A DNA stretch of 64,000 nt, from IMG/VR virus record IMGVR_UViG_3300042691_029887, positions 10,845 through 74,844 of that record; one strand, 5' to 3'. Positions 29,262-41,003 of the stretch are shown here, one piece after another. The stretch comes from a virus. Taxonomy: Duplodnaviria > Heunggongvirae > Uroviricota > Caudoviricetes. The number at the start of each line of letters is the position of its first letter. The stretch's first letter is position 1. The notes below the pieces were generated by a model, which was given only the letters and a program-made list of their open reading frames with translations, was not told the DNA's origin and did no database searches. The translations under genes and the position numbers were made by a program.

Positions 29262-31148
29262 TTATTCAGGCTTAGTTGCATCCTTAAATTCAGCCTCTAC
29301 AACATCACTCTGTTCTTTAGACTGATTTGTTTCAGAATTCATCTTGGCCTGTATCAAAGCTGAACTTGATTCTAAAAGTTCAGTCAGTGATTTGTTGATG
29401 GTTTCAACATCATCAAGTTTGACTTTTTCTTCTAAGTCTTTGATAGCATCTTCGATCTTAGTTTTTTCATCTACTGTGATCTTGTCACCATGTTCAGAAA
29501 GTTCTTTTTTAACAGTATGTAATTGACCTTCTGCGTTATTTCTAATATCAATAAGTTCTCGCTGTTTCTTATCTGATTCAGCATTTTCTTCTGCTTCACG
29601 AATCATATTTTGAATTTCAGCATCACTTAATCCACTATTTGCTTTAATAGTAATTTTATTTTCCTTGTTAGTCTTTTTATCTTTAGCACTAACACTTAAA
29701 ATACCGTTGGCATCAATGTCAAACGTAACCTCAATTTGAGGCATGCCACGTGGTGCTGGATCAATACCTTCTAGATTAAATTCACCTAGTATTTTGTTGT
29801 ATCGGAATAGTTCTCTTTCACCTTGACCAACTTTGATAGTAACAGCAGGTTGATTGTCGTCAGCGGTTGAAAACACCTGACTTGCTTTAGTTGGTATAGT
29901 TGTGTTTTTCTGAATCAACTTTGTAAAAACACCACCCATTGTTTCAATGCCCAAGCTCAATGGAGTAACATCCAATAATAGAACATCTTTACGATCACCG
30001 CCTAGAACAGCTCCTTGAACTGCTGCGCCAGCTGCCACTGCTTCATCCGGATTAACATCTTTACGTGGAGCCTTACCAAACAGTTTTTCAACTGCTTCTT
30101 GTACTTTAGGCATACGAGTTTGACCACCAACCAAGATAACTTCATCAATGTCATTAGCACTCACACCAGCATCTTTCATTGCGATCTTACAAGGTTCAAT
30201 AGAACGCTGGATAAGATCATCAACTAATGATTCTAGTTTTGATCTAGTTATTTTAATATTTAGATGTTTTGGTCCACTGGCATCTGCTGTGATGTATGGT
30301 AGATTAACTTCTGTTTGATTACTATTTGATAATTCAATTTTTGCTTTTTCAGCAGAATCTTTTAGCCTTTGTAGAGCTAATTGATCATTTTTTAGATCGA
30401 CTCCGTTTTCTTTCTTAAATTCATCAACCAAGTAATCCATAATACGTTGGTCAAAGTCTTCACCACCTAGGAATGTATCACCATTAGTGCTTAGAACTTC
30501 AATTTGTTTATCGCCATCTACATTAGCGATTTCAATAATACTTACATCAAATGTACCACCACCAAGGTCGTAAACAGCCACTTTGCGATCAGCTTTATCA
30601 TTTTTATCAACACCATAAGCAAGAGCTGCCGCAGTAGGCTCGTTAATAATACGGAGTACTTCTAGTCCTGCAATCTTACCTGCATCCTTAGTTGCTTGGC
30701 GCTGGCTGTCATTAAAGTACGCAGGAACAGTAATAACTGCTTGAGTAACTGTTGTCCCAAGATAGTCTTCGGCAGTTTTCTTCATCTTGCGAAGAACTTC
30801 TGCACTAATCTGAGGTGGGGCTAAATCTTTGTCATTAGCCTTAATCCAAGCATCACCATTAGATGCTTCCATAATTTGATATGGCATTAGATTAATGTCT
30901 TTTTGTACAGCATCTTCTTTGAACTTTCGTCCAATCAAACGCTTGGATGCATAAATCGTATTTTTAGGGTTAGTAACTGCTTGACGCTTTGCTGAGGCTC
31001 CAACTAGGACTTCGTCATTAGCGTAGGCAACAATACTGGGAGTAGTCCTAGCACCCTCGCTGTTTTCAATAATTTTAGGAATTCCGTTTTCGACGATAGC
31101 CACGCATGAATTGGTGGTGCCGAGGTCAATACCGATGATCTTTGACAT
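29262..31148 (-). CDS. dnaK: molecular chaperone DnaK (Hsp70)
   Basis: Start at [14 protein letters not shown]; Hsp70 signatures [27 protein letters not shown]; 628 aa. Confidence 0.97.
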   Translation of the reverse strand: MSKIIGIDLGTTNSCVAIVENGIPKIIENSEGARTTPSIVAYANDEVLVGASAKRQAVTNPKNTIYASKRLIGRKFKEDAVQKDINLMPYQIMEASNGDAWIKANDKDLAPPQISAEVLRKMKKTAEDYLGTTVTQAVITVPAYFNDSQRQATKDAGKIAGLEVLRIINEPTAAALAYGVDKNDKADRKVAVYDLGGGTFDVSIIEIANVDGDKQIEVLSTNGDTFLGGEDFDQRIMDYLVDEFKKENGVDLKNDQLALQRLKDSAEKAKIELSNSNQTEVNLPYITADASGPKHLNIKITRSKLESLVDDLIQRSIEPCKIAMKDAGVSANDIDEVILVGGQTRMPKVQEAVEKLFGKAPRKDVNPDEAVAAGAAVQGAVLGGDRKDVLLLDVTPLSLGIETMGGVFTKLIQKNTTIPTKASQVFSTADDNQPAVTIKVGQGERELFRYNKILGEFNLEGIDPAPRGMPQIEVTFDIDANGILSVSAKDKKTNKENKITIKANSGLSDAEIQNMIREAEENAESDKKQRELIDIRNNAEGQLHTVKKELSEHGDKITVDEKTKIEDAIKDLEEKVKLDDVETINKSLTELLESSSALIQAKMNSETNQSKEQSDVVEAEFKDATKPE

Positions 31149-31178
31149 ACATATCTCCTTATAAAGTAAGATCAATTT

Positions 31179-31195
31179 TGACTAATTTTTAGTCA
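31179..31195. promoter_or_regulatory. inverted repeat TGACTA-N5-TAGTCA in the dnaK upstream region (candidate operator)
   Basis: 6-bp perfect arms, 30-45 nt upstream of the dnaK start codon on the coding strand. Confidence 0.3.
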
Positions 31196-31236
31196 TTGCT
31201 GAATCCCATGATGGTAATCCAGCGAAATTTATTTAT

Positions 31237-31264
31237 ATCTAAAAGTGGGGAGTATCCTCCCCAC
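31237..31264 (-). terminator. intrinsic terminator (GTGGGGAG-TATC-CTCCCCAC + TTTT on the minus strand)
   Basis: 8-bp GC-rich stem downstream of the minus-strand ORF ending at 31346, upstream of the dnaK promoter region. Confidence 0.7.
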
Positions 31265-31345
31265 TGCTTCAATTAAATGTATAATGAGCTATGCTCGTAA
31301 TATATAATATAATACAATATTTATTACAAGAAAAAAATTCACTCT

Positions 31346-31582
31346 TTAAAATTGTAATTCACCCGTTTCGATGATTTTACGCTCACGATAATGGACATTA
31401 ATAAACTTTTTAGCGGAATCGATAGTACTAAATTTTCTTATGACATTGAGACTATGATCTTCTGGATGAGTATGTTTCACAGGCTCCCAAAAAGTCCACC
31501 ATAAGAATTTACGTTCTATCCAAATTTCGTAATGAACATCACCATTACCGTCTTTTTCTTCTACAATTTTATACTGAGTCAT
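31346..31582 (-). CDS. hypothetical protein
   Basis: 78 aa. Confidence 0.4.
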   Translation of the reverse strand: MTQYKIVEEKDGNGDVHYEIWIERKFLWWTFWEPVKHTHPEDHSLNVIRKFSTIDSAKKFINVHYRERKIIETGELQF

Positions 31583-31591
31583 CCCCCACCT

Positions 31592-32398
31592 TTATTTTGC
31601 AATATTGATCAATGGTGATGAATTGATTGGAACTATCATCAATGATCCTTTCTTAGCTGCCTCTAACATAGCTTCTGCTTTCTTTTCTTCAATTTGCAAA
31701 CGTTTAAATTCTAATGACTGCGAGGTATTCCCTGAAGCCAATGCTTGCATTCTTCGACTTTCAGCTTCGGCAGTCTTTACTTCTACTTCTTTTTGTTTAA
31801 GTTCGTTCTTAGAACGTACAAGATCATTGGCACTGGCTACAACTGAATCTGCTGGTACAACATTACGAATCAGCACTTGACTAATAGTAATGCTACCGTC
31901 CAGTTTTTCTTCAGACAAATTGCGAACGATCTCATCACGAATGATCTGTTCCATTGCTTCACGGTTGTCTGCCATGTCCAATGCTTCATACTTACGTGCG
32001 GCTTTGTAAATAGCATTACGAGCATTTTGAACAATGTAGTTGTACATCACGTATGTATCACCCCGTTGTTCAGCATGAAAACTTTTATTCTTAGTAGAAT
32101 AAAGTTCAGCCACTTGTTGAGAATTGATGTTATAAACAACTACAGCATCAAAGTCTTTCATAGTTGAGTTGTCTTTAGCTACCGGAGTCATATTTTCAAG
32201 TACCACATTAACGTCTTTGACCGGAAAGGTTAATACATCACCAATGATGACTTGATTAAACGAACCAGGTAGTAGTTCACCTGGTACTACTTGCTTGTCA
32301 AAACCAATTCTTACGCCAACTTCACCAGTTTCAATACGGGTGCAGCCTGTAGCAAGAACAGCGGCGGCGAGAATAGAGAGAGTAAAAATACGTTTCAT
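31592..32398 (-). CDS. SPFH/band-7 (HflC/prohibitin-like) lipoprotein
   Basis: 268 aa; lipobox LATGC; SPFH-domain core followed by a long coiled coil. Confidence 0.6.
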   Translation of the reverse strand: MKRIFTLSILAAAVLATGCTRIETGEVGVRIGFDKQVVPGELLPGSFNQVIIGDVLTFPVKDVNVVLENMTPVAKDNSTMKDFDAVVVYNINSQQVAELYSTKNKSFHAEQRGDTYVMYNYIVQNARNAIYKAARKYEALDMADNREAMEQIIRDEIVRNLSEEKLDGSITISQVLIRNVVPADSVVASANDLVRSKNELKQKEVEVKTAEAESRRMQALASGNTSQSLEFKRLQIEEKKAEAMLEAAKKGSLMIVPINSSPLINIAK

Positions 32399-32413
32399 GT
32401 GTTTCCTTTAAAT

Positions 32414-32590
32414 TTAAAAAATTAAAACAATGGCGATCATTGTTGCCAAAGTTATTATACTTAGAAAAAAACTATAAGTCAATGACTTGATTAGATTTAA
32501 TTGATCCCATTCAGCCATATTTCTTACAGTCTTTATACCAAAGAAGAACACACTGAAAATAATTATAAAACATAAGACGATTTTAAACAT
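32414..32590 (-). CDS. small membrane protein (58 aa; below the ORF-track cutoff)
   Basis: MFKIVLCFIIIFSVFFFGIK...; two TM helices; lies between guaC and the SPFH gene in the same orientation. Confidence 0.35.
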   Translation of the reverse strand: MFKIVLCFIIIFSVFFFGIKTVRNMAEWDQLNLIKSLTYSFFLSIITLATMIAIVLIF

Positions 32591-32598
32591 TTAGAACC

Positions 32599-33678
32599 TT
32601 ATTTGATAAAGACATCATTTATCTGTCTACTAACTTTTACGAATGTTGTACATTTTGATAACTGTTTCAATGAAGGAGCACCAACATATGTACATGAACT
32701 CCTAAGACCACCTAGTAAGTCTAATATTGTTTCCTTAACAGAACCACGATAAGGTACACGTACAGTTCTTCCTTCACTACTACGATAATCAGCAACACCA
32801 CCGTGATGCTTATTCATTGCTGTGTCAGAACTCATACCATAAAATTCTACAAACTTGCGTACTTCATAATCGTTAGATAACATTCCTGATTGTAGTTTTG
32901 CAAGTTCATACATTTCTTCAATAATTGTTCCACCACCTTCATCATGCCCGGCTAGCATGCCTCCCAGCATCACAAAGTCCGCACCAGCCCCGAAAGCCTT
33001 AGCAACATCGCCAGGACATACACATCCGCCATCAGCAATAATATGACCACCAATACCGTGAGCGGCATCGGCACACTCAATAATAGCACTAAGTTGAGGG
33101 TACCCAACACCAGTTTGTATACGAGTAGTGCAAACGCTACCAGGACCAATCCCCACTTTAATAATGTCAGCGCCACGTAAAATTAACTCCTGTGTCATGT
33201 CTGCGGTAACCACGTTACCAGCAATAATTGTTTTATTTGGAAATACTGAACGCACTTTAGCTACAAAGTCTCCAAAATGCTCACTATAACCGTTGGCTAC
33301 GTCAATACACACGAAACTTATTTCTGGATGAGATTGTAGAATAAGTTTTAATCTTTCGAGATCTTTTTCACCAGTTCCTGTGCTGACGGCAAAATAATTA
33401 CCACCAATATCTTGTAGTGTCGTATCAAAGTATTCCGTACTGATATTTTTTACAAGGCAAGTGAACATCTTATGTTTATACAGTGCATGGGCCATCCCTA
33501 ATGTTCCAACGCCATCCATATTACTAGCCATGATAGGAACACCAGACCATTCATGCTGACTGTGTTTGAATTTATATGTTCTTTGTAAGTCTACTTCTTT
33601 ACGACTACTAAGAGTACTGCGTTTTGGTCTAATAAGAACATCCTTAAAATCTAATTTGATTTCATCTTCAATTCTCAT
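32599..33678 (-). CDS. guaC: GMP reductase (IMPDH/GuaC family)
   Basis: 359 aa; near-collinear with E. coli GuaC: [45 protein letters not shown], catalytic Cys loop. Confidence 0.95.
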   Translation of the reverse strand: MRIEDEIKLDFKDVLIRPKRSTLSSRKEVDLQRTYKFKHSQHEWSGVPIMASNMDGVGTLGMAHALYKHKMFTCLVKNISTEYFDTTLQDIGGNYFAVSTGTGEKDLERLKLILQSHPEISFVCIDVANGYSEHFGDFVAKVRSVFPNKTIIAGNVVTADMTQELILRGADIIKVGIGPGSVCTTRIQTGVGYPQLSAIIECADAAHGIGGHIIADGGCVCPGDVAKAFGAGADFVMLGGMLAGHDEGGGTIIEEMYELAKLQSGMLSNDYEVRKFVEFYGMSSDTAMNKHHGGVADYRSSEGRTVRVPYRGSVKETILDLLGGLRSSCTYVGAPSLKQLSKCTTFVKVSRQINDVFIK

Positions 33679-34262
33679 GATTTAATAACGGCTCCCTTGA
33701 CACCCTCACTGAAATCGTATTCTTCTTTTAGATAAAGATCGTCTAATTCTTCACGAAGGTGATGTTCATCAATAGCTGTCTGTAGCACTTGCTCAATTAA
33801 TTGATTAAGTGTAATATCTTTTTCATGTGCGATCTTCATTAATTCAAACAGTTCATCATCAGGAAGTTCTAGAGGAACTTGTACTCGAGTATCATACTCC
33901 TCTCCAGATTTAATAGAGATGCCTTTTTGTATGAAGTCGTCGTCATTGTCTAAGTCAACATAGTTGACATCATCCCAGGCTTCATTTTTGTTGATGTCAC
34001 GACGCTTAGATTCTTTCTTCATTTTTTTGGCAAAATCTTCATTGACCATACGATATGCACGATTGTGAAGATAATCGTGTGCCTGTACTTCGTAGACTGT
34101 TTGATCTTTGGTGTCAAAGATAATGCTGAAACTATAGCCTTTATGGTCACCGTTCCAGGAATCTAATGTATAGGCGTTTGGTCCGTAACATTCCCAGCAA
34201 TAGTCACTACCTTCAGTAATTTTGTAGTTGACTAATTCCATCCATTCTTTCATTGTAATCAT
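33675..34262 (-). CDS. hypothetical acidic protein
   Basis: 195 aa. Confidence 0.45.
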   Translation of the reverse strand: MITMKEWMELVNYKITEGSDYCWECYGPNAYTLDSWNGDHKGYSFSIIFDTKDQTVYEVQAHDYLHNRAYRMVNEDFAKKMKKESKRRDINKNEAWDDVNYVDLDNDDDFIQKGISIKSGEEYDTRVQVPLELPDDELFELMKIAHEKDITLNQLIEQVLQTAIDEHHLREELDDLYLKEEYDFSEGVKGAVIKS

Positions 34263-34949
34263 TATAATCCTCCAAGTAATGCAATAAGATGATATAATCC
34301 AAGGATTGCAAGAACAATACTCCAGTTTAACGAACTGCTATTCTTTTTATCTTCAATTTTGTCTACCTTATAGGCACACCAATGGAACCCAGATAGAAAG
34401 ATTAAAGCAAAACAAGCTAGTAATTGTATTAGGAGTAACATTTTGATTCCTTAGTATTAATATAATGATTATAGCACAGTCTAATGAACATAGTCAAGAA
34501 AATTACCATCTTAACTCAAAAAGAAGTGCATCTTTTGATTCTCTAAAATAAAATTGATAATTGGATATAAACCATCTATCTCCCGGCGGGCCGAATACAT
34601 CATTGCACCATTTAATCACTGGAGCTACATTCCCTTCTACAGTTATTACATCATAAGTAACTTCGGGTTGAACACAATTTGGAATCATTATGACCATCTC
34701 AAAAGGAAAAAAGTCATCTGTTTTTTATTTTTAAATTGAAAGGTATCAAAGCTAACTCTGCGACCACAATTATGATCTTCACACCATTTTTGTATTGGCT
34801 CCATATCCTTTTCATTCACCCCTACTTCCCAACCACGTGGCAATACTTCTGTTCTTACTGATAAACTTAATCTACGACTGGTACTAATCCATTTTAGTTT
34901 TTTATTAACATCAGACATTTCATCAATCCAAATGTGTCTAAATTCTGAC

Positions 34950-35819
34950 TTATATGTTTCCATTAGGCACTGCCCAATCTAAAAACTTTTTCCACCATGA
35001 TTGCTCTTGATGAATTTTTTCTTGTTCAATATCTTGTTCTATAACAGAAAAATGTTTTTCAATTAATTTTTTTGCTACATCGTATCTATGATTTTTATCG
35101 TTGGCACCCAATACCACTACTACGAATCTTTTTCCATGCTTTTCAATCACCATTCCTACTGACCATCCTGCAGGATTTGTAAACCCTGTTTTGCTGAACT
35201 TTATTTCATCAAATGCTGCCAATAGCATTTTATTAGTATTGTCTAAAATAACTTTATATTTTTTCTTTTTAATTTCTACATGCTTTAAAATACTAGTGTC
35301 TGATAGAATTGGCTGTAATGCTGCCACACGTATCATTATAGCTACTTCTCCCACAGTAGATGTATTACTCGAACTCAAGCCAGATGGGTCTACAAATCTA
35401 GTATTAATCATACCTATTTCTTCAGCCTTTTTGTTCATGGCTTTGATAAATGCCTTCCTGCCACCTGGATAGTCAGCAGCCAAAAATTCTGCGGCCTGAT
35501 TGTCGCTCCTAACTAACATAGCTGTGAAAACTTCACCTCGTAGATTATTACCAGCAGGCAATCTCGAACCACCAGCAATTTTCATTTCTCTGTTCATATT
35601 GCTGTCATATTCTAATGCTACCATTGCCGTCATAACTTTAGTCAAACTGGCTATAGGTCTAGTAACATTTGCTTCACTTGCTGATATCACTACATCACTG
35701 GTCTCATCATAAACAAAGGTGCTGGCAGGTTTTTTAGCGTGTGCGTTGATACTTACTACCAGTAATATAATCGTTGACCAAATCTTCATGGCCAGACCCG
35801 ATGCTTTTCTGCCACCCAC
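34950..35819 (-). CDS. D-alanyl-D-alanine carboxypeptidase (peptidase S11, PBP5/6-like)
   Basis: 289 aa; signal peptide; SxxK (ASLTK), SxN (RSDN) and KTG (KTGFTNPAG) motifs. Confidence 0.7.
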   Translation of the reverse strand: MGGRKASGLAMKIWSTIILLVVSINAHAKKPASTFVYDETSDVVISASEANVTRPIASLTKVMTAMVALEYDSNMNREMKIAGGSRLPAGNNLRGEVFTAMLVRSDNQAAEFLAADYPGGRKAFIKAMNKKAEEIGMINTRFVDPSGLSSSNTSTVGEVAIMIRVAALQPILSDTSILKHVEIKKKKYKVILDNTNKMLLAAFDEIKFSKTGFTNPAGWSVGMVIEKHGKRFVVVVLGANDKNHRYDVAKKLIEKHFSVIEQDIEQEKIHQEQSWWKKFLDWAVPNGNI

Positions 35820-36062
35820 TCAATGCCATCGTAGTCTTCTATTTGCCATTCCACATCATCTGGGACATCCACTATCATTAATTCAGCAAATCTACCATCT
35901 GCTGATTGACCGAATTCTTCTATCAAAGATACTAAAATAGGATCAGATCTATCTAAATTTCCATGCCACCAATCAGGATCATTGATTCCTTTTCTTTCTT
36001 TATAAATCTGTTCAGCTTTATCACTAAGACTAAACCCGCCGTAACAACGATTTATTACTATT

Positions 36063-36593
36063 TTAGTCATTTTGTTTTTCCTTTGATAATTCGGCTACCA
36101 TCAAAAATTGATCGAATGCTTTTTTTACAGCTGGATTCTTCAATAATTCATTTGCTTCTATCATCATTGCTGTGATACCAGCCTCAGCAATATCCCGAGA
36201 AGAATTTATATTTAGGGTGGCCAAATCATCACCAAACTCTTTGGCTAGCTTGCGCCAAGCTCGACGTTGGCCTTCGGTAATAGGAGTTTTTTGAGGACGC
36301 ATCTCACTGGCCTTAGAAATTGCATTACTGATTGCATCTTCAGCAACACGCCCGGCAGCTATCATGGCCGCATAATTTGGATCAATTTTAAATCGTCGAC
36401 TAGAGCCACCAGGATATACAGATACTAAATGATAGCCTTTTGGAAAACTATCTAATAGTTCATTATCGTATTCTGCTACTGGAAAGTATCTGCGCCCTCT
36501 TTTTTCATAGTAAATTTTTTTCATGGTCAACCCAATCGTATGTTTTTTCAAAAATAGCACGATCACAGATATACAATTCTCCGTCAATTCCAC
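36063..36593 (-). CDS. hypothetical protein
   Basis: 176 aa. Confidence 0.4.
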   Translation of the reverse strand: MELTENCISVIVLFLKKHTIGLTMKKIYYEKRGRRYFPVAEYDNELLDSFPKGYHLVSVYPGGSSRRFKIDPNYAAMIAAGRVAEDAISNAISKASEMRPQKTPITEGQRRAWRKLAKEFGDDLATLNINSSRDIAEAGITAMMIEANELLKNPAVKKAFDQFLMVAELSKEKQND

Positions 36594-36909
36594 GCATTAG
36601 ATAATCACCAGATTTTCCTTGCTTGTAATTTCCTTCTAATGTGTTTACACGAAATTCACTGTCAATCTGTAGTGCTTGAACTACAATAGGTCGCTTCATA
36701 CAATTTTTCATACCTATCACATCTTCATAAGTATCAAAAGTTTTCATTTGGGTTCACCACTTTCAAAAAGTTTAATTAGATCTTTGGTTAATCTAATTTC
36801 TCTAAGTATTGCCTCTTTAGCTTCATTTAACTCTATCAGTTTACAATGCAACCGATCTAATTCAGATGAGTCTCGCTTTGTTGGGAACTGATAGATTTCG
36901 GCCATGATA

Positions 36910-37083
36910 TTATTTAAAATACTTTGTATCAAAAATAATAACTAATCCTACAATTATCCAAAATACAGCGGCTACCATATTTCCATAACTGGCGCCTAAT
37001 ATTCCATTTAAAATATTAAGACCGCCAATAGTATATCCAATCGACGTGCGATTTGTTTGAAACCATTCTAAAAATTTATTCAT
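36910..37083 (-). CDS. small membrane protein (57 aa; below the ORF-track cutoff)
   Basis: MNKFLEWFQTNRTSIGYTIGGLNILNGILG...; ATGA-coupled to the exonuclease stop codon. Confidence 0.35.
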   Translation of the reverse strand: MNKFLEWFQTNRTSIGYTIGGLNILNGILGASYGNMVAAVFWIIVGLVIIFDTKYFK

Positions 37084-37616
37084 TTTCTTGCCACCTTTCT
37101 GAACATGTTTTGTACTCCCACTGCCTGCCTGTAAGCATCTTCTAATGCGTTATGCTTGGCATGTTTTGGCATTTCAGGATCATACCCTAAGTCAAATATT
37201 GTCCTAGTATCCCTGATCTGCCAAAAGTTCCAAGGAAAAGCCTTGCCTAGTTTTCTGTAATACGTTTCTAGAATCATGATATCAAAAACACTACCATGAC
37301 TCCAAAATGCATCACACCCCCAAGCAAATTTATGGAACTCATCTATGACTTGATTGATTGGAAATCTGTTTTCTGGATTAAAGGCTTCGTCAATAATTTC
37401 AGGGGATTGTTTCCCCCACCACTCCAGTGTACCTGGATCTATGATCATTCCTAAAGTTTCACAACTTTCTGTTTCAATTCGACGATAAAGGATGTTATGT
37501 TCACTTCTATCAACATTAGGTCCCCAAGGATCGAATTTGACTGCGCCCAATGTAAGTATCACAGAATTTGGAGTGGTCGCTAAAGTCTCCAAATCAACCA
37601 TAAGATGTTTTGCCAT
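37080..37616 (-). CDS. DEDDh-family 3'-5' exonuclease (DnaQ-like)
   Basis: 178 aa; Exo I VDLETL, Exo II HGSVFDIMIL, Exo III HNALEDAYRQA. Confidence 0.65.
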   Translation of the reverse strand: MAKHLMVDLETLATTPNSVILTLGAVKFDPWGPNVDRSEHNILYRRIETESCETLGMIIDPGTLEWWGKQSPEIIDEAFNPENRFPINQVIDEFHKFAWGCDAFWSHGSVFDIMILETYYRKLGKAFPWNFWQIRDTRTIFDLGYDPEMPKHAKHNALEDAYRQAVGVQNMFRKVARK

Positions 37617-37647
37617 ACTGTTATTATAGTACAGCTAGACTAAAAAG

Positions 37648-37884
37648 TCAATAATTTTTTGGGGGTAATTTGTTCTTTTCGAGCTTTTTAAGCCAACGTG
37701 CCCTTGCGGCACCAGCAGCTCTTTTGCGTCTTTCGCTGGGCTTTACATAGAACTGCTTTTCCATCAAATCTTGTAAAGTACCGTTCTCTTCGACTTTCTT
37801 TTTGAATTTTCGTAATGCTTTATTAAAATCTCCATCAACGTAAACAGTTGATCCTTGCAATTTATTCTCTTTAAATTTTGCCAT
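37648..37884 (-). CDS. rpsU: 30S ribosomal protein S21 (bS21) homolog
   Basis: Basic ~78 aa; [22 protein letters not shown]...[19 protein letters not shown] collinear with bS21; start may alternatively be 37911. Confidence 0.72.
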   Translation of the reverse strand: MAKFKENKLQGSTVYVDGDFNKALRKFKKKVEENGTLQDLMEKQFYVKPSERRKRAAGAARARWLKKLEKNKLPPKNY

Positions 37885-39091
37885 ATTCTTTCTTTTTATT
37901 GTCAAAGACAAATATTGGTAATCCTTGTTTGTTAACTGATTCTTTATTTACCAAAATCTTCTTTAAACCCTTTTTGGATAAATCCTGTGCTTCAAATTGA
38001 TAAGGTATTAATAGTTTTTCTATGGTAGTTCTCAAACCTCGAGCATTTGTTTTTGATACTATGCTAGATTCTACTATCTCTATCAACGCATCATCTTCAA
38101 ATTCTAGTTCGATACCATCTAATTCAAATAAAAATTTATATTGTGATATCAAGTTGTTTCTAGGCTCTATTAGTATTCTTACTAGGTCTTCTTTTTTAAG
38201 TTCTTCTACTGACGTTAGTATATTAAATCTGCCTACAAATTCCGGAATAAGTCCAAATTTAATTAAATCTTTTTGAGTTACTTTAGAGTAAATTTCATCG
38301 GAAGATGACAGCCCTCCTAAGTCACTATTAAATCCTATTGACGTAGGATTCAATCTCTGCCTAATAATGTTTTCTATTCCTATAAAACTACCACCAACAA
38401 TGAACAATATATTTTTGGTATCTACTTCGACTTCTTCTTTCTTCTTACCAAAAATCAAATTAACTATGGTTCCTTCGATCATCTTTAATAAAGACTGCTG
38501 TACACCTTCTCCACCAACATCTTTAACATTTGTATTGATATCACCTTTTTTACTAATCTTGTCTATTTCATCTATATAAATGATTCCGCGACTAGTAGCT
38601 TCAATGTCACCTTCAGCTCTTATCAAAAGTTGTTGGATAATATTTTCTACATCATCACCTACGTAACCTGCCTCAGTCAATGCTGTAGCATCGCAGTGTG
38701 CAAAAGGCACATCAATATATTCTGCAATTTTTTTGATCATTAATGTTTTCCCACATCCAGTAGGACCAATAATCATTACATTACTTTTATCTAAATCAAC
38801 ATAACTGGTTAAAGAAGTAATGCGTTTATAGTGTTGACTTACTCCAACTGACAATGCTATTTTTGCCTCATCTTGACCTATAACAAACTCATCAAGATAT
38901 TCTTTTATTTTAACAGGATTGAATTTTGATATGTCCTGCTCTTTAATTTTTCCGTTTTGCTCTTTTAAAATTTTATCACAGAGCTCCACACATTCATTAC
39001 AAATGGCGCCATTTTGTCCTACGACCATTTTTTCGACATCTTCTTTGCTCTTTCCGCAGAAATCACAGTTTTTAGTTTTCATCGTGCTCAA
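37871..39091 (-). CDS. clpX: ATP-dependent Clp protease ATP-binding subunit ClpX
   Basis: 406 aa; N-terminal C4 zinc finger CDFCGK...CNEC; Walker A GPTGCGKT; LIDEIDK; sensor/arginine-finger region. Confidence 0.93.
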   Translation of the reverse strand: MSTMKTKNCDFCGKSKEDVEKMVVGQNGAICNECVELCDKILKEQNGKIKEQDISKFNPVKIKEYLDEFVIGQDEAKIALSVGVSQHYKRITSLTSYVDLDKSNVMIIGPTGCGKTLMIKKIAEYIDVPFAHCDATALTEAGYVGDDVENIIQQLLIRAEGDIEATSRGIIYIDEIDKISKKGDINTNVKDVGGEGVQQSLLKMIEGTIVNLIFGKKKEEVEVDTKNILFIVGGSFIGIENIIRQRLNPTSIGFNSDLGGLSSSDEIYSKVTQKDLIKFGLIPEFVGRFNILTSVEELKKEDLVRILIEPRNNLISQYKFLFELDGIELEFEDDALIEIVESSIVSKTNARGLRTTIEKLLIPYQFEAQDLSKKGLKKILVNKESVNKQGLPIFVFDNKKKEYGKI

Positions 39092-39476
39092 TTGGTACCA
39101 CCCTGTCTAAAAATTCTTCGATGCTGTCAACTTTTGATGTATTTACTAATTTAAATATTTCAAACATGTTATCGTCTTTTAAAGAATAATAACAATTTTC
39201 ATAACTAAGAATAAAACTAGATAAAAATTGAGCATTATCTCTAGTATTTGATAGATTGATATATTTGCATTTTGCTATGGCATTTGCAGCCACTAACCAC
39301 TGTAAATTATTTTCGTTATTATAAAAATAAATTGTTATTTCTTTTTTTAGAGATTTTGAAGATAGCCAATGTGAAATTATATCTTGCTCTTCTTCAGTGG
39401 TATTAATTAATATGATACTATAGTTATTGTTCACATGTACATCGGGTGGGCTTACTAAAGTTATCTTACCGCTCAT
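39072..39476 (-). CDS. hypothetical protein
   Basis: 134 aa. Confidence 0.4.
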   Translation of the reverse strand: MSGKITLVSPPDVHVNNNYSIILINTTEEEQDIISHWLSSKSLKKEITIYFYNNENNLQWLVAANAIAKCKYINLSNTRDNAQFLSSFILSYENCYYSLKDDNMFEIFKLVNTSKVDSIEEFLDRVVPIEHDEN

Positions 39477-39692
39477 CTTTATCCTTTAAATATTTTTCAA
39501 TTTCAAAAAGTTCTTGTGATGACAATGACGCGACATCTATCTTTCCAGATTCGATATCCATAACAGTCTGTCTCATTTTAGCGTCGTAGACTTTCTTTTG
39601 ATAGTCCTCTTGACTCAATGATCTAATAGATTCTTGCCAAAGATTACTTTCCTGCTGTTCTTCATTTTGAACATAGACACTGATTTCTTCAG

Positions 39693-40985
39693 TCAGTTCT
39701 TTTTTTTTGGATCTTCCTCGTCCACACTATCCCAAGGCAATGATTTGATTTCACCCGAATCATACGCTCTTTGAATTTCATAGAGGTCAGCGTCCGGATT
39801 TGAATCTCTCCACTTTTGTAAAGAATCAGTCCAAACAACATTGGCTAAAACTTTTTCACGTTCGGCAGCTTTTTCCGCCTCGGCGATCATTTTATTCCAT
39901 GTATCTACTCCAGTTGGCAATTCATCTTCTAAAATTGTATCGTCAGATGATTTGTTATCATTGCCGTTTTCGACTAATATTAATTTGATATTGTTATCTT
40001 TAAATACCGAGTCAGCTAATTTTAAATCTAAAGGCAATGCATCAACATTAAAGTTCTGATAACTTACTTCTGATTTGTTTTGGGATTCGGTCGACTGTTC
40101 TTTTTGATCTTGTCCATCGCCTTCTCGGTCGCCGGGCTCAGCCGATGTGGCGTCCTCTGGCTCTGAGGTTCTTTGGGGTGTTTCTGGGGTTTGTGATTGA
40201 ACCAACTCATCTTTTCGCTCTCCCTTTTCTTGTCTAGACCATTGAAAACTCATTTGGCTAGCCAACAGCAAAAGTACTGCCAGTGGATCAAAGACGAAAA
40301 CGATAGTTATAATTACCCATGTGACTGCTTTTTCTAAAATGTTAGCGTCAGGGTTGTCACCGTAGATAAGTTTAGCGATGTACTTAATAGGTCCTACTTC
40401 TGCTTCTACTTTTCTAACCTCAGTAGCAATAGGTGCTCTTTCTTCGTTAAGTACAGAGATTCGTTTTTGACTTTGTTCAATGTCTGATAGTAAGCGATTT
40501 CTTTCTTTTTGCTGTGATCGGCGAATTTGTACAGCACGTTCTGCTCCTTTTTCATCCGATGAACGGCCCATAACTTGATCAACTGCTTCATCAAGTTGTT
40601 TTAAGGCTTTTCGATTAGCTTCAATGTTGTCTTTTTCGGTCTTAATTTTTTCGTCGTAGATAGCTACCTTAGCCACTACGTCACCTGAAATCAAGTTTTG
40701 ATCTGTGTGTGCTTTTGATAGGAATCCAAAGATACCCATGCTAGTAATAACCATTAAAACAAAAACAGCTACCAGCATGTAGGATTTTAAAAGGACAGGA
40801 GCCCTTTCCCAATTAGATTTTAGCCACCAAGCAGTAACTAATTTAGATAGTTCTAATATAGTTCCCATAACAATAATGGGAATAACTGCCGCAGAAAATA
40901 TGGCGGCGAGGCCAATAACTGAATAGTAAATGGCCACCGCAGAGATGGCCAATCCTGTTAATAATGTCAAATAAGCTAATGCCAT
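39693..40985 (-). CDS. polytopic membrane protein with long coiled-coil and acidic C-terminal region
   Basis: 430 aa; 4-5 TM helices, central coiled coil, D/E-rich tail. Confidence 0.5.
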   Translation of the reverse strand: MALAYLTLLTGLAISAVAIYYSVIGLAAIFSAAVIPIIVMGTILELSKLVTAWWLKSNWERAPVLLKSYMLVAVFVLMVITSMGIFGFLSKAHTDQNLISGDVVAKVAIYDEKIKTEKDNIEANRKALKQLDEAVDQVMGRSSDEKGAERAVQIRRSQQKERNRLLSDIEQSQKRISVLNEERAPIATEVRKVEAEVGPIKYIAKLIYGDNPDANILEKAVTWVIITIVFVFDPLAVLLLLASQMSFQWSRQEKGERKDELVQSQTPETPQRTSEPEDATSAEPGDREGDGQDQKEQSTESQNKSEVSYQNFNVDALPLDLKLADSVFKDNNIKLILVENGNDNKSSDDTILEDELPTGVDTWNKMIAEAEKAAEREKVLANVVWTDSLQKWRDSNPDADLYEIQRAYDSGEIKSLPWDSVDEEDPKKKN

Positions 40986-41003
40986 AGTAAAGTATTTATG
41001 GTG

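Noticed and set aside
31179-31195. CIRCE/HrcA heat-shock operator upstream of dnaK
   Set aside because: The palindrome is TGACTA-N5-TAGTCA, not TTAGCACTC-N9-GAGTGCTAA; no sigma32-type -35/-10 is recognisable either.
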